A stretch of 64,000 nt of DNA from Octopus sinensis (Eukaryota): assembly GCF_006345805.1 (NCBI RefSeq), contig NC_043020.1, forward strand, positions 17,050,001 through 17,114,000. Direction: 5' to 3'. Shown in pieces: positions 14,590-25,992 of this stretch. The notes beneath the pieces are model-generated. The model saw only the letters and a list, made by a program, of their open reading frames with translations, ran no database searches and had not been told where the DNA came from. Numbering within the stretch: the stretch's first letter is position 1; the number at the start of each line of letters is the position of its first letter. A program made the position numbers and the translations under genes.

Positions 14590-14806
14590 TGCATGTTTGT
14601 CCCCCATCACTACTTGACAACTGGTGTTAGTGTGTTTACATCCCCATAACCTAGTGACCTAGCAGTTTGGCAAAAAACCGATAGAATAAGCACTAGGCTT
14701 TAAAAAATATAAGCACTGTGGTCGATTCTTTCAACTAAAATTCTTCAACATGGTGCTCCAGCATGGCCACAGTCTAATGACTGAAACAAGTAAAAGATAA
14801 AAGATA
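14590..14806 (+). mobile_element. SINE A 3' half
   Basis: gtttgtcccc...gatagaataagcactaggc...aatgactgaaacaagtaaaagataaaag. Confidence 0.85.
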
Positions 14807-14862
14807 TATACATATAGAAATAATGTTCATTATCAATTCAAGATGGCTGTTCCGTTAGAACC

Positions 14863-14905
14863 CCGCTGAGGATGAGCACAAACAGCTCAAAGCCATATGG
14901 TTTGG
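14863..14905 (+). ncRNA. Degenerate hammerhead-like motif (probably inactive)
   Basis: CCG-CUGAGGA-U-GAGC-acaaaca-GCUC-AAAG-CCAUAUGG-UU-UGG; GAAA is altered to AAAG, palindromic stem III is retained. Confidence 0.45.
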
Positions 14906-15142
14906 TGATCCTTTGTCTGATGGTAGGGGTTAACCCCTCTGCTTGCAGTATATATTGGGTACAGATTCCATCAATAACCAACTGGAGGAGGCTCCTCCTG
15001 GGGTTAAAAACAGCAGTAATGTCAGTTCCTACAGAACAGGCATCTTGAAGTGGCAACAAGCATTACTTCTCCGTATAGTTACTATTTTCGTCTCAAATGG
15101 AGATTTTCTCATTAGCTACTTTGCTTATTGATGTGTGAGTGT

Positions 15143-15311
15143 GTGTGGCTGGGCAGTAAGAAGCTTGCTTCCCAAACACATGGTTATGGGTTCAGTCCCA
15201 CTGCATGGCACCTTGGGCAAGTGTCTTCTTCTATAACCTCAGGCCAACCAAAGCCTTGTGAGTGGATTTGGTAGACGGAAACTGAAAGAAGCCCATCATA
15301 TATATATATAT

Positions 15312-15342
<31 letters not shown>

Positions 15343-15437
15343 ATATGTTTGTGTATCTGTGTTTGTCCCTCAACATCGCTTGACAACCGATGCTGGTGTG
15401 TTTACGTCCCGTAACTTAGCAGTTCGGCAAAAGAGAC
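15143..15437 (+). mobile_element. SINE A, truncated at the 3' end by a Tc1/mariner fragment
   Basis: Head through gcagttcggcaaaagagac. Confidence 0.85.
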
Positions 15438-16036
15438 TGTGTCTCACAGACGGTCTTGAAACGCCTCCTTGATCTTGGGGACCTACTCAGTCTTACTGTT
15501 GCAGGCAGAGTAGTTGGTGTCATTCTCAATTGTGCCCCACATGTGGTAATCCATGGAATAATGAATGGAGGAATTAAGAGGCCAGAAATTGGAGATGGTG
15601 AAATTGTAGAAATTCTCCAACAACCATTTCTGACTCTTTGCGGATGTATGGTAAGGATCTGAATCCTACTATCACACATATGAGCCTCTGGTAGCAATCC
15701 TCTCCAGCCAGGGCTTGACCACAATTTCCAGCAGCTTCTCATAGTGCTCTGAGCCCCATTTAAAGATGTGGGGTGGCATGACATTACCCTCACTGGAGGC
15801 ACACCCAAAGGCCATCACAGTTTGGGGGTACTTGGGATTTTTTTTTATCTCTATGTCACATATTACAGAGCATTGACCAGCAATCATCATGTCAGCCTTT
15901 TGAAAACTGGTATGAATCATCATCATACAGGCAGCTCCTCCAATATTCTGATGACTTCCAGTCTTCCATGTCAGCGAACCTCTTCTCAACTACAACTTTA
16001 ATCTCTATGCTTTCCAATGCTGTTGAATATTCACCT
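15438..16036 (-). mobile_element. IS630-Tc1-mariner transposase remnant (catalytic region), frameshifted
   Basis: KYPQTVMAFGCASSEGNVMPPHIF...VKPWLERI; an alternate frame resembles the SAPCH..K.Q.WL.ENF...WP.NS...DYHMW region. Confidence 0.85.
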
Positions 16037-16771
16037 GTATATATAGCGGTTCCTGAAAGAAAAAAAAAGAATCATGGACAATTTTTAAATTTATCCCAAA
16101 AACCTGGAGTTTACCCTATTAATATCATCTACAGGTCCAGACTATCACACAGATGGTAATCTTATTAAAAACACCTGTCTGAAGAATATCCATAAATATC
16201 TGCAGTTTCCACAATTATAACCAAGGAGAATGGAGTGAGCAAGTTCTTTTATTTCATTGATTTACAATTGTTTCATCAAACATTGATCCCATGAAGATTG
16301 CTATATTATTCAATAATTTATGCAACCCTTAACATATGAAGTGTCTTAGCTGCAATATTGAAGATCAATTCTTCAGAATCATGCATAAAGCTTATCTGCA
16401 AATAACCTGTATGCATGATTCTGAAAAATCAATCTTTGCGATTGTGTCTACGATACCCAATGTATTAATGGCTGCATTTTTTTTTTTTTGCTTTCCATTT
16501 TCTTTGGTTATAATTATATATATTTATATATATACATATATATATATATATACATATAAATAAGGTAAAAACCAACAGTCCATGTACAGTTACATATATA
16601 TATATCATCACCACTATCTTCATTAAAATCATCATCATCATCCTTTTACATGTGCTTTAAAGCTGTTATGAGTTGGATGGGTCAATGTCCCAGTCGATTT
16701 TTATTCAGTCTTACTGCCCCATCCTTAGACAGGTTACAGGACCACATCCATATATGATATACTTAAATATA

Positions 16772-17896
16772 CAGAGGTTGGACAAAATAATGCAATCAGA
16801 AAACTACTACTTTCAAAATCAAACGTTGCAAATCATTTAGAGTGGAGTAAAAACCTACAGAATTGGTTCCTAGAGCAGTGGAAAAATGTTATTTTCTTGG
16901 ACATGTCATCCTTTACCACTGACCAAGTATACATGTGGAGACAGCCAAAAGAAGCATTTGATCCAGACTGTCTTCTTCCAAACGGTTATAGATGGAGGAG
17001 GATCTGTGATGATCTGGGGTGCTATATCTTGGAAATCCGTCAGCCCAATGGTTTCCTTTCATGGCAGAATTAACAGTCAAAACTATTTAAGCATTTTATC
17101 TGATCAAATTCATCCTATGGTTGCGGAACTATTTCCAGAGGGAAATGCAATCTTTCAGGATGATAATGCACCAATTCACACAGCTAGAGTTGTTACTGAA
17201 TAACATGAGGAACATTCTAGTGAAGTTGAACATTTTATCTGGCCACCACAGTCCCCAGATCTCAATATTCCAGAACATTTATGGTGCATTTTAGAAAAAC
17301 AAGTAAGGAGTCGATATCCTCCACCATCATCACTACAAGAATTGGAAACTGTTTTAGCTGAAGAATGGAAAAAAATTCCTTTGGAAACAATTCAAACTTT
17401 GTATGAGTTCATACCTTGTAGAATTCAAGCTGTAATCATGCATGCAGGTTATTTGCAGATAAGCTTTATGCATGATTCTGAAGAATTGATCTTCAATGTT
17501 GCAGCTAAGACACTTCATATATTAAGGGTTGCATAAATTATTGAATAATATAGCAATCTTCATGAGATCAATGTTTGATGAAACAATTGTAAATCAATGA
17601 AATAAAAGAACTTGCTCACTCCATTCTCCTTGGATATAATTGTGGAAACTGCAAATATTTATGGATATTCTTCAGACAGGTGTTTATAAAAAGATTACCA
17701 TCTGTGTGATAGTCTGGACCTGTAGATGATGTTAATAGGGTAAACTCCAGGTTCTTGGGATAAATTTGAAAATATTAATGGTTGCATAAATTATTGAATA
17801 ATATAGCAATCTTCATGAGATCGATGTTTGATGAAACAATTGTAAATAAATTTGTTTGAAATTTTAAGGTGTTTCCATTATTTTGTCCAACCCCTG
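16772..17896 (+). mobile_element. Tc1-family DNA transposon with TIRs, internal deletion and templated insertions
   Basis: TIR cagaggttggacaaaataatg / cattattttgtccaacccctg; GGGSVMIWG, FQDDNAPIH, WPPQSPDLN motifs. Confidence 0.92.
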
Positions 17897-18437
17897 TTTG
17901 TTTAAGGAACTCTCACCCAAACCATGAAAAGAATCTCAATACATTTGAAATCCAGAATACATTAAATTTATTGAAAACTATATTTTATGGACTGTGAGCT
18001 TTGTTTCGTTCATTTCTTCTTACATCAAAAATATTTGAAACTGTTTATTAAGCATCATAGTACTTACACTAAAATAAACAAACAAACAAACAAACAAATA
18101 AATAAATAAATAATAAAAAGAGACAGAAAAGAGAAAGAAGAACAATCACTGAAATGAAAAACAAAATAAAAAGAAAAAAGAGTTGTTTGTTTATCTAAAT
18201 AATAGCTTCATTTGATTAGTTGAATACAATAAACTAACGAAACCATTCTTCCAAAGCAACTTCTAAACACAGCATTCGAGCTGCCTTTCCTCCTTTCTCT
18301 CCTCTTGTTCTTCCTTTCTCTCTCATATGCCTTGTTTCTCTTTTCTCTGTTTTCCATTGGGTTTTTTTTTTTGCTTTTCAATCTTGTTTTTTTTAACAGT
18401 TGTGTTCTTCTCCTTCCTTTTTCCTTTTTATTTTCAG

Positions 18438-18535
18438 CCATAAATGCTTTTGGTACTAAACAAAGTGTTCCAGATATTTCTGATGAGCTAAGAATTCAGG
18501 GAAACAAGAATGTTGCCTATGAAATATTGTTCTCA
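18438..18535 (+). CDS. Candidate internal coding exon (phase 1 to 0) of an unidentified upstream gene: (A)INAFGTKQSVPDISDELRIQGNKNVAYEILFS
   Basis: Long polypyrimidine tract + ttttcag acceptor, GTATGT donor, single open frame, non-repetitive composition. Confidence 0.5.
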
Positions 18536-18538
18536 GTA

Positions 18539-18569
<31 letters not shown>

Positions 18570-18629
18570 GTGCGCATGTGCATGCATGTGCAAGTGTGTA
18601 TGTGTGTGTGTATTTGTATGTGTGTGTAC

Positions 18630-19034
18630 AGGTGTAGGCATGGCTATGTGGTAAGAAGTTTGCTTCCCAGCCACATGATTCCAGTTTCATTCCGATACTG
18701 TGGCATCTTCGGCAAGTGTCTGCTACAGCCTCAGATCAACCAAAACCTTGTGAGTGAATTTGATTGACAGAAACTGAAAGAAGCTCGTTGTGTGTGTGTA
18801 TATATATATATAAAACTCTGTGTGTTTCTCTTTAGGTCTGTATTTGTCACCCCTCCACCACTTGACAACTGGTGTTGGAATGTTAATGTCACAGTAACTT
18901 AACAGTTTGGCAAAAGAGACCAACAGAATGAGTACCAGGCTTTACTTAAAATAGCAAGTACTGGAGTCAATTCATTCAGCTAAAATTCTTAAAGGTGGCA
19001 CCCCACTATGGCCACAGTCTAATGACTGAAACAG
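18630..19034 (+). mobile_element. SINE A, diverged full-length copy
   Basis: Head gcatggctatgtggtaagaag to aatgactgaaacag. Confidence 0.85.
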
Positions 19035-19781
19035 CCCACTAATTTTGATCAAATATCCGACAATCCTTCGATAGATGTAAGAGTTAATCCAATGAAAGAC
19101 AACAACAATTCGTGTGAGTTTTTGAGGCCTTCGTGAACATGATATGTTTATTCCGATCCAGGAGGAGAGCATTTGTATGCAGCTTGAACATTCAACATTT
19201 TACAGAACAGAATGAAATTGAACAAAAAATAGGAAGAAAAGCATATAAAATCATATTAAAATATGTACAGTAAATGTTAAGATACACACCATAAAGTAGT
19301 GTAGCTTAGTGAATGAAATCAGCTGTATTGTTTTATTCATCGATCTTTCAGAGCTCATATTTCACCATGTCTTATTGCACACCGCATTCATAAATAAAGC
19401 ATCCATAATATATGGTAAAAACTGCCAAATTGTATTCATAAATTTAGATTACATTTTTTTTACTGTACTGTATTAAAAAATAAAAATTATTTGTTTGTTA
19501 GCTTAAAATAGGTTTTTATTAAGCATGCATTATTGAAAATGCATTCATAAATAAAATACAGAATTGGGAATGGCTATTATCGGTTTAGGCTAGAGATAAG
19601 TAAATTCAGCCTAGCATAGCCTAGAGACAAGTCGTTTTTTCGACTGAAGTCATGTCTCTGGAACCAATTAACAACACAGGGTGAGGTATGCCTATATATA
19701 AGAAAAAGTATAAATAATGGGCTTTGTATATTATTTTTTATTTGTGCATCTTTGACATGGTATATATGTGTGTGTGTGTTC

Positions 19782-19817
19782 CTTTCTGTCGAAGAGTGTA
19801 GGCTCGAAATGTAAAAG
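19782..19817 (+). ncRNA. Hammerhead-like motif with CUGUCGAA variant core, same family as 38064-38101
   Basis: CUUU-CUGUCGAA-GAGU-GUAG-GCUC-GAAA-UG-UA-AAAG. Confidence 0.45.
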
Positions 19818-19830
19818 ACTTTCTCACTTC

Positions 19831-20095
19831 CCGGACAAGGTTGTTTATGGAAGACCAGCAGTCGCCCATGCATACCAGCCTCCCCTCTCCATGCCACCAG
19901 TGTTATCCAAGGGAAAGGCAAAGGCCGATACAGCCTGGCACCTGTGACGTCGCAACTCATTTCTACAGTTGAGTGAAGTGGAGCAACGTGAAATAAAGTG
20001 TCTTGCTCAAGAACACAACATGCAGCCCGGTCCGGGATTGGAGCTCACAACCTCACGATCATAAACTCAACACTCTAACCACTGAGCCATACGCA
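19831..20095 (-). mobile_element. SINE family C with tRNA-like head, 3' end replaced by a Penelope-like fragment
   Basis: Minus-strand tggctcagtggttagag A-box-like head; body as 8824-9086. Confidence 0.85.
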
Positions 20096-20171
20096 CATAC
20101 ATGTATACATACATACATACATACATACATACATACACACATACACACATATATATATATATATATATATA

Positions 20172-20394
20172 TTTCTTTACTACCCACAAGGGGCTAAACA
20201 CAGAGGGGACAAACAAGGACAGATAAACGGATTAAGTCGATTATATTGACTCCAGTGTGTAACTGGTACTTAATTTATCGACCCGAAAGGATGAAAGGCA
20301 AAGTCGACCTCGGCGGAATTTGAACCCAGAACGTAATGGCAGACGAAATACGGCTACGCATTTCTCCCAGCGTGCTAACGTTTCTGCCAGTTCG

Positions 20395-20398
<4 letters not shown>
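20172..20398 (-). mobile_element. SINE family B (B1 tail), full length
   Basis: aaggcgaactggcagaaacgttagcacgc...ggttcaaattcc...gtgggtagtaaagaaat. Confidence 0.9.
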
Positions 20399-20453
<55 letters not shown>

Positions 20454-20991
20454 TACACACACACACACACACACATACACACACATATATATGCACATGT
20501 GCATGTGTGTGTGTGTGTCTGTGTGTCTATGTATGTGTGTATAGACAGACACAGATAGAAGCAGTCACGGCTGTATGGTGACATAGTTTGCTTTGTTTTG
20601 TAACAATGTCATTCTAGGTTAGTCTCACTCCATTGCACCTTGGGCAAAGGTTTACTATTGGGCTGGCCATTTGGTTTTTGTTGATCCTAATCTTCAAGCA
20701 CTCTAATGTGTAACTAACTTCAGTCTGTCCCTTCCACAGACACACTTGTTAAATACTTGACTCTGCAATATAGTTCAACATAAACTTGTGATGAGACAGT
20801 TTGTATTTTGTGTGCTTAAGATCACCCTGAAAATGGAAAAGCAAAGCAAACATTATCAACACCTCATGCTTTTTTATTTTAGAAAAGAAATACTTGGGCT
20901 GGTGTCCAAGGGCCCAGTAAGCCCACTGGGAATGACAGACTCCTGGTCTTTGTCAAAGCATCCCTCTAGGAGAAGGTTAAGTTGTGTATTA

Positions 20992-21364
20992 ATTTTGGAA
21001 GCACTCCGTTGGTTACGACGATGAGGGTTCCGGTTGATCCGAATCAACGGAACAGCCTGCTCATGAAATTAACGTGTAAGTGGCTGAGCATTCCACAGAC
21101 ACGTGTACCCTTAACGTAGTTCTCGGGGATATTCAGCGTGACACAGAGAGTGACAAGGCCAGCCCCTTGAAATACAGGTACAACAGAAACAGGAAGTAAG
21201 AGTGAGAGAAAGTTGTGGTGAAAGAGTACAGCAGGGATCACCACCATCCCCTGTTGGAGCCTCGTGGAGCTTTAGGTGTTTTTGCTCAATAAACACTCAC
21301 AACGCCCGGTCTGGGAATCGAAACCACGAGACCGCTGCCCTAACCACTGGGCTATTGCGCCTCC
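20992..21364 (-). mobile_element. tRNA-headed SINE D2
   Basis: Minus-strand ggaggcgcaatagcccagtggttaggg...tttcgattccc; shares ~180 nt with D1. Confidence 0.8.
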
Positions 21365-21400
21365 ACAAAGTTGTGTATATAACCCACTGCTCTACTTAGT

Positions 21401-21705
21401 GGAGGCACATGGCCTAGTGGTTAGAGCCGCGGACTCGTGGTCGAGGGATCACGGGTTCGAATCTCAGACCAGGCAATGTGTGTGTTTATGAGTGAAACAC
21501 CTATTCTCCATGAGGTTCTGGCAGAAGGTAATGGTGAACTTTTGCTGACTCTTTCACCACAACTTTTTCTCACTCTTTTCTCCTGCATCTTGCAGCTCAC
21601 CTGTGATGGACTGGCGTCCCATCCAGGTGGGGAACCTATATGACAAGGAAACTGGGAAACCAGCCATATGAGCCAGGTATGGCTCGAGAAGGAACAAACA
21701 ACAAT
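21401..21705 (+). mobile_element. tRNA-headed SINE D1 with (ACA)n tail
   Basis: ggaggcacatggcctagtggttagag...gggttcgaatct A/B boxes. Confidence 0.85.
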
Positions 21706-21879
21706 AACTACCCTACTGAGCTGGATATCTTGCACTTTGCTGGTCTCTAGGTTGCTTGGTATTGCAAATGATAGTTATTGTGGCATTGTGCAAGCACCAA
21801 TCAACTCAAAACTCCTACACAGGCATTGCTTGACACATCTATCAGCGATGGTCCTACTCATCTAATGAATAAGCAACAA

Positions 21880-22228
21880 TTATGTATGTATGTATGTATG
21901 TATGTATGTATGTATGTATGTATGTTGTATGTATGTATGTATGTATGTATGTATGTATGTATGAATGCATGTATGTATGAATGCATGTATGTATGTATGC
22001 ATGTATGCATATATGTATGAATGTATGTATGTGTGAATGTATGTATGTATGTCTGTATGTATGTATGTATGAATGTATGAATGAATGTATGTATGTATGC
22101 ATGCATGTATGGATGCATGCATGTATGTATGTATGTATGTATGTATGTACGTATGTATGTATGTATGTATGTATGCATGTGTGCATGTATGTATGTATGT
22201 ATGAATGTATGTATGTATGTATACATAC
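21880..22228. repeat. (TATG)n microsatellite
   Basis: Direct read. Confidence 0.95.
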
Positions 22229-22963
22229 ACGGTTGTGTAAAAAAAAACACAATTCAGACAACACATTCAAAACACAAATGAACACCACACAACAAAATAA
22301 CAATATCCACATTGCACATATACTTAACAACAAAAGACACAAAACACTAAAGCATCAACAAAAAACAACATACAAAATAAATCAGATACACACGCACGTA
22401 CAAAAACCAAAAACCAAACCAAGGTTAATGTAGTTCTCTACCTCTAAAAGACAACATTCTTACAGAGCAGCAAGAGATGCACCTGTTAGTACGGTTGAAA
22501 TTCTCATGAAACGGTTACAAACATTACGATAATGATAAAGGTAATTTCAGAAAACATCATAATCATAAATTTACTATTTGTATTTTTCATTTCCTATTGT
22601 ATTTGTCATTTGTGTAAACATCTAGTTTTTTACTCCTTCTCATCTTATCCCAAATAAGATAGTGTGATTACCTTATAATTTACACCTGTCTCCTTCTCTC
22701 TTGCGTTCTCTCTTTTACTTCCTCTCCCTATTTACCCAACTTAATTATTTCAGTGGCGTGTAGTCAGCGTTTGCTCTTGTTCAGTTTTTTTGCTTTTTGA
22801 TATGCAAGGTGCAGGTGTGACTATCAGGTAAGAAGTTTGCTTCCCAACAACATGGTTCCGGGTTCAGTTCCACCGTATGGCACATTGGGCAAGTGTCTTC
22901 TATTAAAGTTTTGAGCAAATCAAAATCTTATAAGTGGATTTGGTAGACAGAAACTGAAAGATG

Positions 22964-23196
22964 AAGGCGGTGAGCAGGAAGAAACGTTAGCACGCTGGGC
23001 GAAATGCTTAGCGGTATTTCGTCTGCTGTTACATTCTGAGTTCAAATTCCGCTGAGGTCGAATTTACCTTTCACCCTTTCAGGGTTGATAAATTAAGTAC
23101 CAATTATGCACTGGGGTCGATGTAATCAACTTAATCCCTTTGTCTGTCCTTGTTTGTCCCCTCTGTGTTTAGCCACTTGTGGGCAATAAAGAAATA
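22964..23196 (+). mobile_element. SINE B1 with 15-bp TSD
   Basis: TSD agaaactgaaagatg at 22949-22963 and 23197-23211. Confidence 0.92.
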
Positions 23197-23213
23197 AGAA
23201 ACTGAAAGATGCT

Positions 23214-23242
<29 letters not shown>

Positions 23243-23252
<10 letters not shown>

Positions 23253-23660
23253 TATTAGAGACAAAACCACTATTTTGCAAAACAAACAAGGAAAGACTTA
23301 ATCAATACATAAAATTTTAATAAATAGTCAAAAAAACCGCCACTACAATTGATACTTGTCTTGATCGACAATCTTCAGGTGGACTTCCAATAAGTCAGTT
23401 TCATATTTGAAACTGACTTATTGGAAGTCCACCTGAAGATTGTCGATCAAGACAAGTAACAATTGTAGTGGCGGTTTTTTTGACTATTTATTAAATTTTA
23501 TGTATTGATTAAGTCTTTCCTTGTTTGTTTTGCAAAATAGTGGTTTTGTCTCTAATAATATTTTATAATATTTTACTATAAAATTGGATTTAATCCTAAA
23601 TCTGATTTTTTCCCTGTAAATTTGGATTTATTCCCTAATATTTATTATTATTATATATAT
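23243..23660 (+). mobile_element. Penelope-like terminal fragment with inverted 5' duplication (~160-bp near-perfect palindrome, 4-nt loop) and HHR-like motif
   Basis: Arms 23243-23403 and 23408-23566 differ at about 2 positions; 3' 150 bp is identical to 43369-43518. Confidence 0.75.
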
Positions 23661-23980
23661 ATATATATATATACACACGTTTGTGTGTATTTGAGTATGT
23701 GTTTGTCCCCCTCCACTGCTTGACAATTATGTCCCTGTAACCTAGCAGCTCAGCAAAAGAGACCGATACAATACATACCAAGCTTAAAAGAAAAAACAAA
23801 TTAACTGGGGTCAATAAGTCTGACTACAATTCCTCAAGGCAGTGTCCCAGCATGACCACAGTCAAAAGACTGAAACAAGTGGAAGATAAATGATAAAAGA
23901 AAAGAGAAATGAGAAGATGGATATAAATACATGTATGGATAATGATAATAATAATGATAATGATAATAATGATAATAATG

Positions 23981-24012
<32 letters not shown>

Positions 24013-24153
24013 TGGTTGGCATCCTTTCTGTCTCGGGAGACAATGGAGTTGCGCATAAAGTAGTCTAGTCCGGCTTTTATATTTCATGTCCTGATACATT
24101 TCCTGCTGTGGCTGTGTATTCCTATCCTGGACAAACACTCCCTCTGTAGTGAA
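24013..24153 (-). mobile_element. Probable LINE 3' end with (ATT)n tail
   Basis: Non-repetitive 140 bp ending ...cagaaaggatgccaacca then (att)n; family unassigned. Confidence 0.4.
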
Positions 24154-24156
24154 GAC

Positions 24157-24188
<32 letters not shown>

Positions 24189-24210
24189 GTGAAAATAATA
24201 ACAAAAATCA

Positions 24211-24385
24211 GCTAAGATAGAACATCTACAAAATTCAGCATTGCTTGGAGCTGTAAGAATTCTTCGCAGGATTCTTGAAGCATGATCAATAAATAAGTGT
24301 CACCTTAGTCTTCTGACTCTGAACAGCTGACACTTTCCATCATACCCAGCAAAATAAGCTGAGAGTTTTCATCAAATAATAATAA
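24211..24385 (+). mobile_element. R4/Dong-type (RLE) non-LTR retrotransposon 3' end in a (TAA)n target
   Basis: Translates KIEHLQNSALLGAVRILRRILEA*, matching the LQKSALLGTARILRKVL C-terminal motif of this clade; (AAT)n tail. Confidence 0.75.
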
Positions 24386-24391
24386 TTATAA

Positions 24392-24848
24392 TCCTTTCTA
24401 CTAAAGGCACAAGGCCTAAAATTTTGGGGGAGGGGTTAAGTTAATTTCATCGACCCCCATTACTCAACTGGTACTTATTTTATCGACCCCCAAAAGGATG
24501 AAAGGCAAAGTCGAGCTTGGCAGAATTTGAACACAGAACGTAAAGACGGTTAAGATACTGCTAAACATTTTGCTTGGGGTGCAGACAATTCTGTCAGCTT
24601 GCCACCTTTCCTACCAGCTCTGATGATAATAATAATAATAATAATAATCCTTTCTGCTAAGGGCAAAAGGCCTGAAATGTGTGGAGAGGGGACTTGTCAA
24701 TTACACTGGCCCCCAGTGTTTTATTGGTACTTAATTTATCAACCCCGAAAGGATGAAAGGCAAAGTCAATCCTCGTGAAATCTGAACTCAATACGTAGCG
24801 ATGGACAAAATATTGCTAAGCATTTCATCCAGCTAACAATTCTGCCAG

Positions 24849-24850
<2 letters not shown>
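24392..24850 (-). mobile_element. Two tandem SINE B2 copies (24392-24610, 24646-24850)
   Basis: atcctttct.cta.aggcacaaggcct tails and ggatgaaaggcaaagtc cores. Confidence 0.88.
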
Positions 24851-24907
<57 letters not shown>

Positions 24908-24910
<3 letters not shown>

Positions 24911-25464
24911 GCCCGGATGCAGTACCAGGCAGTGGCTCTCATGGCTTCTGATCTTAACTGATTGGAAGTGTTATCATGTACATTGTTTTGTCTTGGTATA
25001 AAAGATGGGCTACAACAAATATTCTGCTCAATACCACAGATTTGCTTGTCAGTTGTTTGACCTTAGCCAGTTGAGCATGTCCCTTAGTGGCTGACGATAT
25101 GTGCATCTCTGATCACGAGCAGAAGTAGTGGGGGAGCATCATAGCCATGTGTTGAGAAGGATTCTTTGGGGTTTGAATAATTCACCTCTGGAAACATGGG
25201 TGTTTCGTTCAACGTCCTTAAACAACCCTTATTCAGGGACCTTTTGAGCGGAATGGGTTACTCGATCTGAAGAAAATTCTAACTGGGCTCCACCTGCAAG
25301 GTCATGTGTTGTTTATCTTGATATGAGATCACCATGTCGCGCACATATGGTTGTGATGCATGTGCCTGGTGTACCCTTATCAGACGGGTAGTTATGATGG
25401 GTATACTGGGCTTCGTATATTTTACCCCAGTGTCACTTTGATGGCATGCTCTGCTCGCTCACTC

Positions 25465-25468
<4 letters not shown>
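24908..25468 (+). mobile_element. ~550-bp probable non-LTR element 3' UTR flanked on both sides by (AAT)n
   Basis: Ends ...ctctgctcgctcactc(aat)n; no ORF; sits within a TAA array. Confidence 0.5.
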
Positions 25469-25496
<28 letters not shown>

Positions 25497-25590
25497 TAAT
25501 CCTTTCTGCTATAGGCACAAGGCCTAAAATTTTGTAGGAGAGGGCTAGTCAATTACATTGCTTTCCACTCCTCCATGCTCAACTGGTACT

Positions 25591-25992
25591 TACTCTTGTA
25601 CTTCTTTACTTGTTTCAGTCATATGACTGTGGCCATGCTGGAGCGCTGCCTTTAGTCGAGGAAATCAACCCCAGGACTTATTCTTTGTAAGCTTAGTAAG
25701 CTTAGTATTCTTAGTATTCTATCGGTCTCTTTTGCCGAACTGCTAAGATGTGGGGACATAAACACACCAGCATCGGTTGTCAAGTGATGTTGGGGGGACA
25801 AACACAGACACACACACATACATACATGCATGCATACATACATATATACGATGAGCTTCTTTCAATTTCCGTCTACCAAATCCACTCACAAGGCTTTGGT
25901 CGGCCCGAGACTGCCCAAGGTGCCATGCAGTGGGACTGAACCCAGAACCATATGGTTGGTAAGCAAGCTACTTACCATACAGTCACTCCTGC
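25591..25992 (-). mobile_element. SINE A
   Basis: Family match. Confidence 0.88.

Larger units (their letters stand above)
22808..23900 (+). mobile_element. SINE A split by two nested insertions (SINE B and a palindromic Penelope-like fragment)
   Basis: Head 22808-22963, middle 23197-23220, 3' half 23680-23900 are collinear with family A. Confidence 0.85.

Noticed and set aside
14838-15059. 73-aa minus-strand ORF
   Set aside because: No recognisable domain or splice context; overlaps an HHR-like repeat remnant
18478-18520. CUGAUGA...GAAA hammerhead-like spacing
   Set aside because: Stem II cannot close and there is no stem I; better explained as the candidate exon
19035-19113. Open frame PTNFDQISDNPSIDVRVNPMKDNNNS with a GTGAGT donor
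   Set aside because: The acceptor AG comes from a SINE tail with no polypyrimidine tract
21401-21470. Possible tRNA gene (also the other SINE heads)
   Set aside because: A/B boxes are present, but there is no complete cloverleaf or terminator and the sequence continues into a SINE body
22466-22532. Possible terminal exon (R)AARDAPVSTVEILMKRLQTLR*
   Set aside because: Moderate acceptor only, no recognisable homology, phase not linkable to 18438-18535; needs RNA-seq
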